Positions 30,036 through 40,139 of a stretch of DNA of 64,000 nt are shown piece after piece (the first letter of the stretch is position 1; each line of letters opens with the position of its first letter). A program made the position numbers and the translations under genes. The notes beneath the pieces were generated by a model that saw only the letters and a program-made list of their open reading frames with translations, was not told the origin of the DNA and ran no database searches. The stretch is from NCBI GenBank assembly GCA_011605725.1, contig JAAOZP010000004.1:32001-96000 (forward strand). Reading direction: 5' to 3'. This DNA comes from Nitrososphaerota archaeon (lineage in GTDB: Archaea; Thermoproteota; EX4484-205; JAAOZP01).

Positions 30036-30407
30036 AATACGCGCGCGTATTCGTCCGTTCTTGCATTTGCCTCCTCTTCCTCAAGTCTGTCGATTTGTTC
30101 CTCTAATCTAGAAATATATTCTTCAGCTTTTTCTATGTTATTTTCCCATCGCTCAATATTACTTTCCATCCGTTCTCGCCATTCTTCATATTTTCTCTTT
30201 CTTTCTTCTTGTCGTTGTAACCACTCCTCACGTTTTCTTCTTTTCTCTTCTTTGATCTCTACAATTCTTGATGTCGCTCGATTCCACGCATCACTTAACG
30301 TATCATATATCTCATGCCGTTGGTCTCTGCTCATATATACGCCCCGCAACGAGCAGAAGATCATCGAACATGTAAGGAAGCTTTCGCCTTGAGTCCTAGC
30401 GCGCGCT
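30036..30407 (-). pseudogene. Coiled-coil gene fragment bounded by palindromes
   Basis: The charged coiled-coil reading ends at AATACGCGCGCGTATT (30036-30051); the other side is TAGCGCGCGCT (30397-30407). Confidence 0.55.
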
Positions 30408-30566
30408 TCAATAACGGCTAACGTTTATAGCTGGTTAGCTCTGTCCCCCAAAGAACATTATGAGTGGAACCCCAGCGCGCGCGCTAAGATTTTAAACATT
30501 TTTTCAAGCATCGCGCACGAAACGGAAAAGTATGCGTGGAAATACTGGCTTCCTAAAAAATAATTC

Positions 30567-30980
30567 CTATTCTTCAGCATTTGGAGTAACCCAGATTCTT
30601 TTAATCCCCTTAACCCTGTCGAACTCCCTGTCTTCAGAAACTATATTGCTTATTCCGGCTTTCTCCATCGTTGCCAAGTGTATAGCGTCAGAGGGTTTCA
30701 AACCGTACTTTAACAAGTATTTTTCAACGGGCTTTAAATCCTCCTCTTCAACGGGCAAGACTTCAGCGTAGGGCAGCACCGTGTTTTTCAAGAAGTCTAA
30801 AGTTGTTTCATAAGACACTCCATACTTTCTCGATATGTAAAGCACCTCATCTACCACAAGCATGTTCGTAAACAGCTGTTCCTCAAGAAGTCTTCTGAAA
30901 AGCTCTTCTATCAGCCTTCTTTCATCATCCACCATAGCGTTCAAGTATATGAGGAAGCAGGAATCTAGAAAGGCTTTCAA
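30567..30980 (-). CDS. vapC: PIN-domain toxin (VapC)
   Basis: FLDSCFLIY, VDEVLY, SDAIHLAT, SEDREFD. Confidence 0.9.
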   Translation of the reverse strand: MKAFLDSCFLIYLNAMVDDERRLIEELFRRLLEEQLFTNMLVVDEVLYISRKYGVSYETTLDFLKNTVLPYAEVLPVEEEDLKPVEKYLLKYGLKPSDAIHLATMEKAGISNIVSEDREFDRVKGIKRIWVTPNAEE

Positions 30981-31249
30981 CCAGTGTTCTCCTCGAACTC
31001 CATTTCTAAATAGGCCTTACTCAGGTCTCCTAGCTTCGGGCTGGAAACCCTCATCCTTCTAATCTTTTCAACATGCTCCTTAAGCCTTTTCATTATTTCC
31101 TCTGGAGAGGGTTTTCCCCTTATCAAGATGCCTTCTGAAGTGGGTTCGATCGAAACTTTCTCTCCCTCCACTATTCCATACCTGTCTCTAAACACTTTGG
31201 GGATAAGTATCTGCCCCTTTTCTCCAACTTTTACCTTGAGTTCAACCAT
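30977..31249 (-). CDS. AbrB/MazE-fold antitoxin
   Basis: KVGEKGQILIPKVFRDRYGI; overlaps vapC. Confidence 0.9.
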   Translation of the reverse strand: MVELKVKVGEKGQILIPKVFRDRYGIVEGEKVSIEPTSEGILIRGKPSPEEIMKRLKEHVEKIRRMRVSSPKLGDLSKAYLEMEFEENTG

Positions 31250-31584
31250 GGTTTCTGAAAGTTATACCTTAGTTGGAATACTTAAACCTTTCCAACTTAA
31301 GATACAGCCAATGGGGCGCGCTCTTCCTTTTCCGGAAAGAGGCGAAACCCCTTGCTTCATCTAATAGCTTTCTCCTCAAGCGCGCGCTAACATTACTTTT
31401 TCGTATAGTTTCTCCTCCATTTAACATTGGAAATCAGTAATTACTGCTAATGTTTTCCAGTGCTTTTTCTATAAAAACATACTACGTTTAACAAGTATGG
31501 TGTATAAAAAGGAGTTTGAAGATGTTGTGTTTAGATATCAGTAGCGCGTGCTAAACTTCTTAAATAGCTGGAAAGAATAAAAGT

Positions 31585-32109
31585 ATGGATATGTTGACTA
31601 GTAGTCAGCTAGGGGATTTTTTAAGCATTGCTAGGGAGAGGCTTAGAAGTGGAAAGAGAATACCGATAGAAGGGGGAGGCACTTGGGATACGAGAGTAAG
31701 GAAATTTTTCTATGATGAAATGTTTGAGATTCTTAAAGAGGAGTTTGGCGTAGATAATCCCAACGAGTATCTTTACGTGGAAGGGAGGAATCGTCTACGT
31801 GGAGAGAAGCGTGTTAAGCTTTTCGGTTCAGGGCTTTACCCGGATGCTGTGATAAAATTTGACGATGCAATGGTTGCGATAGAGCTTGACGCCGGACAGG
31901 CTGGCAGGCCGAGCGGCAGCAGGATAAAGACAGCGCTGGCTAAAGCTGGAATCCTCGGGCTAACAGGCTGTTTCCAAAGCATTTACGTATTCTTCTTCAT
32001 TTACCACGGTGAACCAAGCGATTACGAGAGAATGAGGGATGAGGAGCTTGAAAAGAAGGTGCTGGATTTCTATGAGAAAAACCTTTCAACATATTTAATT
32101 CTAATTTAG
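31585..32109 (+). CDS. PD-(D/E)XK-like nuclease
   Basis: YPDAVIK...AIELD; flanked by TAGCGCGTGCTA (31542) and TAGTGCGCATTA (32107). Confidence 0.6.
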   Translation: MDMLTSSQLGDFLSIARERLRSGKRIPIEGGGTWDTRVRKFFYDEMFEILKEEFGVDNPNEYLYVEGRNRLRGEKRVKLFGSGLYPDAVIKFDDAMVAIELDAGQAGRPSGSRIKTALAKAGILGLTGCFQSIYVFFFIYHGEPSDYERMRDEELEKKVLDFYEKNLSTYLILI

Positions 32110-32491
32110 TGCGCATTATAATCAGACTATACATTAGCCAAGGATAAGACTATAGCGTGTGCACTAACCAGTGTTTATGATTAAGTTCCCACTTTTCCAG
32201 CAACCTTTTTAATAATGTATAGTCCAACTATTAAACAGTAAATTATCAATTCCCAGCTTTCCATCATATACCGTCCGATTAGAATTAGCCCAGAGAAATA
32301 TCCCAATTAATACAGTAAACCCCAATACTTCGCTCTTTCCAATTCGACAACTCCAATGATGATTAATAGGAAATTAATGAGTATTGCTAGGTTTCTGCCG
32401 CTTTCGCCAAATAACGCTGGAAAAACTGAACTTAGCGCGCGCCTCCCATTTTCAACAAATAAATAAGAGGAAGCTTAAAAATTTTATGACA

Positions 32492-34380
32492 TTAACACAT
32501 GCCAGATAATTTTGGGTTGTCCTTTTTTATGGAACCCAGCTTCTTACTGCGCCAAATCCTGCAGACGATTGTGGCTAAGGCGATTACAACAACTAATCCG
32601 ATGATAAGGGGAACAAGAGGGGGATTAACTGTAATGATGAGCGTATTGCTTATGGCGTTTTCCCTGACATCGTCCCCGGAATACGAGGCCTGTACCTTCC
32701 AAGATCCTGTAGTGTCAGTTGGATAGGAATCCTGAAAGTTGCCATCCGGATCAGTCAGTACATTTCGGGTTACTTTATCTCCATTTGGCTTAGTATAAGT
32801 GATACTTACGGTAGCTGAAGCTATCTTAGGAGTAATTGCCCCCGAGATTCGGATTGATTCGCCGATCGTTATGGATTCGGATGGAGTTGAAATAACAATA
32901 ATGGGTTGCATTTTCTCAACTAGAAATTTTATCTTTTCGCTAATACTTCCTTCATAACGATCGTTTCCTGTCCACGAGGCAACGACGTTCCACTCGCCAA
33001 CAGCATCGACTATAATAACATTAGAGAACCTTCCGTCAATGGTCGTCTTCGTTGTCGAATTGAACATAGATCCATCAGGCTTAACATAAGTTACGACTAT
33101 TGTCGCATTAGCTATGCTTGGGTCTAAGATGCCTGAAACAGTCTGCGACGAATTGAAAATAATAGGAGTTTTAGCGATCGATATGATGATAGAGCTGGTT
33201 CTCTTGAAGCATTGGATGACAACCAGATTACTCTCGCATCCTTCATAGTCCTGGTCCCCGGTCCAACATGCCTTTATGTAGACTGTTCCAACCGATTCAA
33301 GCTTCAGTTTAATCGAGAATCGGCCACTGGAGTCCGTTGTAGCATTATAGTTTAAACGATCAAACAGCAACGATGTGTCAGATTGATAAAACGAGATAAT
33401 AAGACCTGCTTTTGCAGGGTTGACGGATCCATTGAGCATGAATTCCTCTCCAATACGGACCTCGCTCTTGGTAGTCGTCAACGTTATTTGACTCTTTAAC
33501 CTTCTCTTGGCGATTGTCCAAGTAGTATAGAAGATATCGGCCACATCATTAACAGCATGAGAATAACAGATCTGAATAATAGAATTAAGCCTCGATTGAT
33601 CCACGGAAGGTGTGCCCGTACATGCTGGAGGATTGCATACTTTGCATGGACGATACCCTTTGTTATATGCATCACATTCATCGCAAACCATATCAGGTTT
33701 TCAGGCTTTATCTGCGAAACATAACGGCACCAAGGATAATGGTAAACATCGCTATTCTTGCTACCACAGTATTTTGCTCCTGAGCCGCTTGAACTGCTTC
33801 GATAGAAATTCGATATGTCATCGTAATACTGGTAAGCTGCGTTAGCAGTTTGTACCATACGTTGCCGTACGTCGGACACATTGGTTAGTCCATCGAAGTC
33901 ATATCTTATCGGCAGTAGTGAATCGGCATATGTTTCAAACTTGGAATGATAATTGTCTTCGTTAGGGTCTTTTGCACTCGTGTGTAAGGGGTTATCCAGG
34001 TCCATTATATAATGAGACAAGACGCCGAACTCAAAGGCTATATCGTCTTCCGAGGCGTTTTGTTTGATCATGTTCTTAATTAATGCGACCTCCTCAACTA
34101 TTTTATCTACGGCTTTACCATAATTCTCATCAACATGCCAAACGTGGTTCACAAAATCCTTAAACTGAGTATCGGGGGCAATAGCCCCTTCTAAATACTG
34201 TGCGATATTTCGCTCAAGGAGGTTCTTAAGGTCAGAGGGAAGATATTGGAGAATATCTCTTGCTATTTGCCTGTGTGTTTCATGCGCCCAAGGGCTTACC
34301 CTGATGGGTGAAACATCTGCCAGAAGAAATGCTATAAAAAGGACGATAACAATCCTCATTAGAACGCTATTACTCCTCAT
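32492..34380 (-). pseudogene. Secreted Zn-dependent phospholipase C/S1-P1-like enzyme with inserted Ada-type Zn finger, Ig-like repeats and C-terminal TM; frameshift at ~33685
   Basis: Signal peptide then WAHETH, APD, HVWH, SHYIMDLDNPLHT, HSKFE; GSKNSDVYHYPWC...GYRPCKVCNPP spans the two ORFs. Confidence 0.8.
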
Positions 34381-34768
34381 TCAACTCACAACCTCCGCAA
34401 TCACAATGAACGCAGACAAAGGTTCCATGGAAATGAACACCTCTTATGGACGGATCGGGTTTGAGACAAAGAACCATCTTGCCTCCGCATCTTGGACAGC
34501 TTATAACATCGCTGGCTGAAACCAGTTCCGCAAGCTTCTGATAACCTTTCGAATCTTAGGAACATCGATTGAGATGCAGAAGTCTGTTTGACCTACCGCC
34601 CTCTTCATTATGTGTCAAACCGCTTTGCGAAAAATTTAATCTTTACGCTTGAGGATAAAAATCCAGTGCATCCTAGAGCATGGAGACATATCCCCGGAAG
34701 CACGTGCTAAAATAGCATAATCTTATAAACTTTATATTCTTGTTTAGATATCCTATTAATGAGTAAAC

Positions 34769-35521
34769 ATGGGTGGCAGAATATTCCTCAGCATTTTTCT
34801 GATAGTTTTAACGATGGTTGGAGAAATTCTTCCCGTATCTGCAATCCCTTTTTATAACCACTTATGTCGATTAGATGTCAAAATAGATGCACCTTCAGAA
34901 GTTCGTGAAGGGGAGGAATTTTCAATAAAGGTATCTATAACAACGACCGGAGAAATTTTGTTTTCTCATGCAATTCTGGAAAGTTGGAGAATGCAAGGCG
35001 GAATAAAAATAACTCTTTATTCGCGTAAACAATACTATGAGGTATTACGCGAAGAGTATATAACAAGCCCTACACTCCTACCAGCGAATTATAAAATAAC
35101 AAAAGACTTTAATATCATTGCAGGAGAAGCAGGGACAGAATACTGGATTGAAATTGAAGCGATTTATGTTTTCGGCACGCTTGTATTAAGAGAGAAGTTA
35201 AATGACTTGTATATTGTCCTATATAGGACTGAAGTTGGGTATACTGGGCCCATAGCCACTGGATTTGGCAATAAAATTCTCGTAGGAGATGGAGGAGTCG
35301 AAGGTATACACGAGGATGTTTCATTCTACTGTACTAAATCTGTTAAACTAGGGATATCTGAAGTTGTGTCACTGCAACAGCAACAGGAAGTTCTTCAAAG
35401 CCAATTGCTGACACTTAGGTTAATAACGGTACTGATATCGATTATTGCCATAGTCTTCCTCATCCTTTTCTTAATTGAGAGGAAAAGATCTAAAAGTCAA
35501 TTTCCACCACCCCCATCATAA
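34769..35521 (+). CDS. Secreted/membrane-anchored protein with Pro-rich tail
   Basis: Signal peptide, beta-rich domain, TM helix, RKRSKSQFPPPPS. Confidence 0.7.
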   Translation: MGGRIFLSIFLIVLTMVGEILPVSAIPFYNHLCRLDVKIDAPSEVREGEEFSIKVSITTTGEILFSHAILESWRMQGGIKITLYSRKQYYEVLREEYITSPTLLPANYKITKDFNIIAGEAGTEYWIEIEAIYVFGTLVLREKLNDLYIVLYRTEVGYTGPIATGFGNKILVGDGGVEGIHEDVSFYCTKSVKLGISEVVSLQQQQEVLQSQLLTLRLITVLISIIAIVFLILFLIERKRSKSQFPPPPS

Positions 35522-35709
35522 TATATTTTAAACTCGCACGGATGAAGCGCGCGATTGTTTTTCTCTTTCTTGTCTTTGACACCAGATCCGAGAATGAAAA
35601 CTTGAAATCCTGCTGAAAATCGCTGAAAAGGACCCATATCTTAATAGGGATTATTCCTTTGAAAGAAGGACAAAGAGTTTTAAAAAGGTTCTTTCAAAAT
35701 CATATAGAG

Positions 35710-36072
35710 ATGAGGAGTGGAGTTTTCGCCATAGGGATCGTTATGCTATTGCTCGGAGGCTTCATGTACTTGGCTACTGCCCGCGAAGTATATAAGCTCC
35801 TAGGCTATGAGGTAGCTTCTAGCGAGAAGGAAATAGTGTTGCAAATAGGTGATCAAAGCATTCCCATGAAAAGCATAGGAGTGCTCCTCGGACTCATGGG
35901 CATAATCCTAGCTATTGGCGGGGCAATATCCTCCGGGAAAGGGCCTCAATACTATCCCTATCAACCCCCGCCACCAGAACCCGTCTACACTTGCCCAACC
36001 TGTGGCAACCCATTAACCTACATACCCCGGTACCGGCGATGGTACTGCTACAACTGTAGAAAATACGTGTAA
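35710..36072 (+). CDS. Two-TM protein with C-terminal zinc ribbon
   Basis: Two TM helices, PPPPEP, CPTCG...WYCYNC. Confidence 0.75.
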   Translation: MRSGVFAIGIVMLLLGGFMYLATAREVYKLLGYEVASSEKEIVLQIGDQSIPMKSIGVLLGLMGIILAIGGAISSGKGPQYYPYQPPPPEPVYTCPTCGNPLTYIPRYRRWYCYNCRKYV

Positions 36073-36134
36073 ATCCCAAGCTCCTTACTAAATCCAGGAC
36101 GATGCAAGAGTCACTGAGGACTCTTGGTTTGAAA

Positions 36135-36146
36135 TAGCGCGCGCTA
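36135..36146. repeat. Palindrome TAGCGCGCGCTA
   Basis: Between convergent genes. Confidence 0.9.
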
Positions 36147-36212
36147 ACCTCTAGAGTTCTTTCCAGTGACATGCATGAGGTAAATAAGGCAGGCTCTCTC
36201 TTAGGGCACGCA

Positions 36213-37376
36213 CTAAGATGTACTCGCCCACGAGATGAATTCCGAAAGACTGCTGAACGACTTGTAAGTGGCCTCGTTAAATACGTAATATACTTGGGTA
36301 AATGCGGAGCCTGAATTCTGCCAATAACGTAGGTAATCGTTTATTGCTTCTTCCACGGGACGTGCCGTAACCCATCTAATCAGGAATAAATCTAGCCCGG
36401 TTACGTATTTCCCTGCCGGATCTAGAATCGCTATTTTTCCCCCTGCAACAGGTATTACCACCGCCATATGACCTACGGTCTCGCTTGGTCCACCGATGCA
36501 CATGGCATAAGCACCGTAAAGTGTTCCTACGCAGTATTTGAAGTAGCAACGTATCATAGAGGTTAATAATATTGCTTGATCCTCGCAGTCACCATGTTTA
36601 TCTGCCAGCGTTTCATTAGGGAACCTCCAGAAGTCCTCTACCCAGTATGATCCACCCAGTGAAAAGAAATCCACATAATTCACAGTATACATCCCTGAAG
36701 AAAGGTATATGTAGCGTGCTCCTAAACTCAGACTGGGGGAATATGTGTCATAAGAATATTTAATATTCTGCACAACCCATCCTTGAAGCTTCTCTAAATC
36801 GTTCCAGAGATCGTTATCAGACCCGCCCCATCCTCCAGTTATGCTTCTAACCACGCTTCGAAGCTGCGGGTCATCGATAGTTATGAACCTACAACACTGC
36901 TCTCCATACGGGCTTCGGAGGCTTATTGCATCGAATAGCGACCGGCAGGTCTCATTAAGATGCTCCAGCTCGCTTAAGAGGGTTTGTCTGTCATCCAGCA
37001 CGGCTGAGTAGGAAGATTGTAAAGATCTATAGTTGGATTGCAAAGCCTCGTAATTAGTTTTCAAGTTGCTGTAGTCATTCTTTAGGGTAGCATGCTCAGA
37101 CTTCAGTTTGCTATAGTCGTCGGAAAGCAGGTTATAGCTACTTTTCAACTGGTCATACTCATTTTGGAGATTACGATATGACGATTGAAGCTCCTTATAA
37201 TCTGCCTCAAGGCTTGTATATTCAGAGTAAAGCCCGGAATAGCTTGTCGATAGCGCTTCATACCTGGAATTAAGCAGATTATAGTTAACTATGCTTATTA
37301 AAAGAATGATTGAACATACAATTAGGCCGATGCCCAGAATAATAGTCAAGTATCTCCTCCTAATGCCCTCCCCCAT
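36213..37376 (-). CDS. Membrane-anchored coiled-coil + transglutaminase-like cysteine protease domain protein
   Basis: N-terminal TM, heptad Y/L coiled coil, PNETL..GDCEDQAILL, GHMAV, ILDP. Confidence 0.8.
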   Translation of the reverse strand: MGEGIRRRYLTIILGIGLIVCSIILLISIVNYNLLNSRYEALSTSYSGLYSEYTSLEADYKELQSSYRNLQNEYDQLKSSYNLLSDDYSKLKSEHATLKNDYSNLKTNYEALQSNYRSLQSSYSAVLDDRQTLLSELEHLNETCRSLFDAISLRSPYGEQCCRFITIDDPQLRSVVRSITGGWGGSDNDLWNDLEKLQGWVVQNIKYSYDTYSPSLSLGARYIYLSSGMYTVNYVDFFSLGGSYWVEDFWRFPNETLADKHGDCEDQAILLTSMIRCYFKYCVGTLYGAYAMCIGGPSETVGHMAVVIPVAGGKIAILDPAGKYVTGLDLFLIRWVTARPVEEAINDYLRYWQNSGSAFTQVYYVFNEATYKSFSSLSEFISWASTS

Positions 37377-37497
37377 GGTTACCCACGATATAAACTAATA
37401 ATGGCTAATTTAAAAAATTAATGCGCATGCACCGAAGCTAGTTGATTTTGCTTTTAAATTTTAAAATAAACCTTAAATGATATAAAGGTGAGCTAGA

Positions 37498-37725
37498 ATG
37501 AGCGAGTTCAGGGGTTTAGAAATGGTTAGAGCTACTGAAATAGTTGAAAATCCGAGCGTCGAGTTAGCCGGAAAAGTACGAACAATTTATGACATTTCCA
37601 GACTCCGTTTGGGACCTTGGAATAACCTTGAAAAGGCGTTAAACATTCTTTATAATAAAGGCTGGAGGCCAGTATGTATGGCTATTTCTGGGACTATCGT
37701 CTATGTAATAATTGAAAAAAGATAG
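37498..37725 (+). CDS. Small hypothetical protein
   Basis: GGTGA RBS before the ATG; LNILYNKGWRPV. Confidence 0.55.
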   Translation: MSEFRGLEMVRATEIVENPSVELAGKVRTIYDISRLRLGPWNNLEKALNILYNKGWRPVCMAISGTIVYVIIEKR

Positions 37726-37740
37726 TACACGTCTATTAGC

Positions 37741-37978
37741 TTTAACAATAAGGGGACAGGGAGAATACAAAAAGTTAGAAAAGCGAACTAAAAACGCGCG
37801 TGCGCTCACTCTTCGTTCTGGTCGGGAAGATCCCAGTCAGGGTCAACCTTGACTTGGTCTAGAGCCTTCTCAAGCATTATGCGTTGCTCGATAGATGCAA
37901 CAAGCTTACGTGTAAACACTGCGGCATCAGGATTGATTGAAACAGAGTCGATTCCAGCCCTAACAAGAAACTCAGGGT
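37741..37978 (-). pseudogene. ppsA 3'-end plus 3'UTR relic (copy 3, inverted)
   Basis: [54 protein letters not shown], followed by sequence matching 6431-6485. Confidence 0.93.
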
Positions 37979-38127
37979 AGCAAGTTGAACGTTTCTAAGT
38001 CTTCATTAGGAAATCCTGTCTTCTCAAGAGGCTTGAACTCGGTTTCTTTCTGTCTGAGGCAACTTTATGCTTCTGATGTACACGTTAAGCTTATTAAGGT
38101 CTGAGACGAATTGTTGAACGAGCCTGA

Positions 38128-38373
38128 ATGGAGGACGAGGAGGAGCTTTTGAAGAGGATTGTGGTGAATCCTAAGGTTATGGCTGGTAAACCAGTGATAA
38201 GGGGGACGAGGATCCCGGTTGAGCACCTGCTGAGGCTGCTGGCTCAGGGTTTAACTTTTCAAGAGATACTTGACGATTACCCTCACCTGACGAAGGAGGA
38301 CATTACCGCAGTCCTACTTTATGCGGCCAAGATTACTGGTAAGGAAGAAGTGTATCCAGTAACATTGGAATGA
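38128..38373 (+). CDS. DUF433 antitoxin
   Basis: RIVVNPKVMAGKPVIRGTRIPV...YPHLTKEDI. Confidence 0.9.
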   Translation: MEDEEELLKRIVVNPKVMAGKPVIRGTRIPVEHLLRLLAQGLTFQEILDDYPHLTKEDITAVLLYAAKITGKEEVYPVTLE

Positions 38374-38383
38374 GGCTGGAAAC

Positions 38384-38728
38384 GTGAAGCTTCTAGTTGA
38401 CGAGAGCGTTGGCATAAAAGTCTACTTTAAGCTTAAACAAATGGGTTTCGATGTTGTCACGCCAATATATTCTATGAAGGGGGCGGATGATGAAGAAGTT
38501 ATGCGAAGCGCAGTTCTCGAGAACCGTGTAATAATCACGAATGACAAGGATTTTGGATGGCTTGCTCATCTTTATAAGCCGCTAGGCGTAATACTTCTAA
38601 GACTGAAAGACGAGAGAGCAGAAAACAAGATCAAGATCATACAGTACGTCTTGGAAAAATATGGTGAAAGAATTCCTGGGAATATTTTAATTGTCTCCGA
38701 GAAGAAAATCAGGATAAGAAGTATTTGA
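38384..38728 (+). CDS. DUF5615 PIN-like toxin
   Basis: LLVDESV, GADDEEV, IITNDKDFG, GVILLRL. Confidence 0.9.
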   Translation: MKLLVDESVGIKVYFKLKQMGFDVVTPIYSMKGADDEEVMRSAVLENRVIITNDKDFGWLAHLYKPLGVILLRLKDERAENKIKIIQYVLEKYGERIPGNILIVSEKKIRIRSI

Positions 38729-38837
38729 AAAATGGAAAAACAGGATAGAGATAGCTGAGTCTTACAGGAAGAAAAAGAAGCAGAGTAAAGATTTAGAAAA
38801 GCCAGAGGCATAAATAAACATCAGGTTTTAGAAGACC

Positions 38838-39034
38838 CTAATCCTCGTCAGGGTCAGGGAGGTCCCAGTTAGGGTCTGTTTTAACCTGGCCGAGGGCTTT
38901 CTCAAGCATAATCCTTTGCTCGATGGATGCGACTAGCTTGCAAGTGAAGACTGCAGCATCAGGATTTATAGAAACGGAGTCGATTCCAGCCCTAATGAGA
39001 AACTCTGTGAACTCAGGGTATACACTTGGAGCCT
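38838..39034 (-). pseudogene. ppsA 3'-end relic (copy 4, inverted)
   Basis: [64 protein letters not shown]; begins at the stop codon of the 367-aa gene. Confidence 0.95.
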
Positions 39035-40136
39035 ACTTGAACAGCTCAGGAAAGTCTTCCTTGAGGAACTCTATCTTCTCCAATGAGACCTCTTCCAGCC
39101 TCCTATGTCTCTTGTTTATTGCTACGACTATGTCATCCCTCTTGCGGAGCCCCTCCTCATCTATTTCCTCCTCATCCACTTTCCCAACGTGCTTGAGCTC
39201 CTTCTTCTCGAGCTTAACGAACTTGAGGCCCCTCTCCGTTTTCTTAGCGAGCCTGAGCCTATACCCATCCAGATTGTAAACCGCTGAATCGTCTGAGAGG
39301 TCATATTTTATTTGACGCTCGTACCGTCTCATCATCTCCGGGTCCTTCAATTCTATCGGCCACTTTACCATGTATCTCCACTTATGCATCTCGATGCTCC
39401 TCTTGGATTCCGGTATTGCAGTGCCCTCCCAGTATTCCCTCCTCTCCTCCCTCGCCAACCACTCTCTAAACCTTTTCTTAAACTCGATAACTGCCTCAGC
39501 CCTTTTAAGCACGTTATCAATAACCTCCTCATCGCTCATCCCGGATGAGTCGAATATGATCCTGTAGTGTGGATGATCAAGGTCGGTTATGAGCAGTTCC
39601 CCCAGATATCCGTGTTTAGAGAAGACCTCGTTGATAAGCTTTAGGAACACGTTCACATCCTTAACGAGGGCGGGCATGAACCTCGCGACCTTCATCCTGT
39701 CCTCCCTGTCCTCGAGGGCAAGTACGGAGAACCCCTTGAAGAAATCTTTATTCTTGATAGACCCGGGGGAAAAACAGAGATTATAGTGTACTCCACATAG
39801 GAATGATAAATCTACTTCATCATTCCTAATCGTGATTAAATCACTCTCTACATCCACAGCATCTATGAATGGGGAGCGTGGATCGATCCAGTCGTCCATC
39901 CATTTGATTCTCCTCCTCCATTTTGTATGCAACTCGCTGTCGTCGAAATAAACATCTTCGAGAAAAGCTTTAGTGTACATTTGGCCGAGCTCCCTCCCAT
40001 CCGGCAACTTAACGGGATATAGACCTTCAAAATTCATGTAACAGATATTTTCTCTGGTTTTGAATTCATAGCTACTTCTACCCTCCAACGCCCTTGCTAT
40101 CTTCGGGATAAGCGTCTTCCACCTCTCGCCATCCAT
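39033..40136 (-). CDS. Hypothetical cytoplasmic protein, candidate immunity protein
   Basis: 3 nt downstream of the putative toxin; no signal peptide or TM; acidic. Confidence 0.6.
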   Translation of the reverse strand: MDGERWKTLIPKIARALEGRSSYEFKTRENICYMNFEGLYPVKLPDGRELGQMYTKAFLEDVYFDDSELHTKWRRRIKWMDDWIDPRSPFIDAVDVESDLITIRNDEVDLSFLCGVHYNLCFSPGSIKNKDFFKGFSVLALEDREDRMKVARFMPALVKDVNVFLKLINEVFSKHGYLGELLITDLDHPHYRIIFDSSGMSDEEVIDNVLKRAEAVIEFKKRFREWLAREERREYWEGTAIPESKRSIEMHKWRYMVKWPIELKDPEMMRRYERQIKYDLSDDSAVYNLDGYRLRLAKKTERGLKFVKLEKKELKHVGKVDEEEIDEEGLRKRDDIVVAINKRHRRLEEVSLEKIEFLKEDFPELFK

Positions 40137-40139
40137 TAT

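Noticed and set aside
16690-36146. Palindrome as a transcription-factor operator
   Set aside because: It occurs between convergent stop codons (17392, 36135) and at gene truncation points, not at a fixed promoter position.
36960-37270. Periodic sequence as a DNA tandem repeat
   Set aside because: It reflects a protein heptad coiled coil; the nucleotide units are not conserved.
38923-39279. 118-aa plus-strand ORF and the many short ORFs antisense to ppsA, hsdR, the 1699/1888-aa genes, lig and lhr
   Set aside because: Shadow ORFs opposite well-supported genes or relics, with no recognisable motifs.
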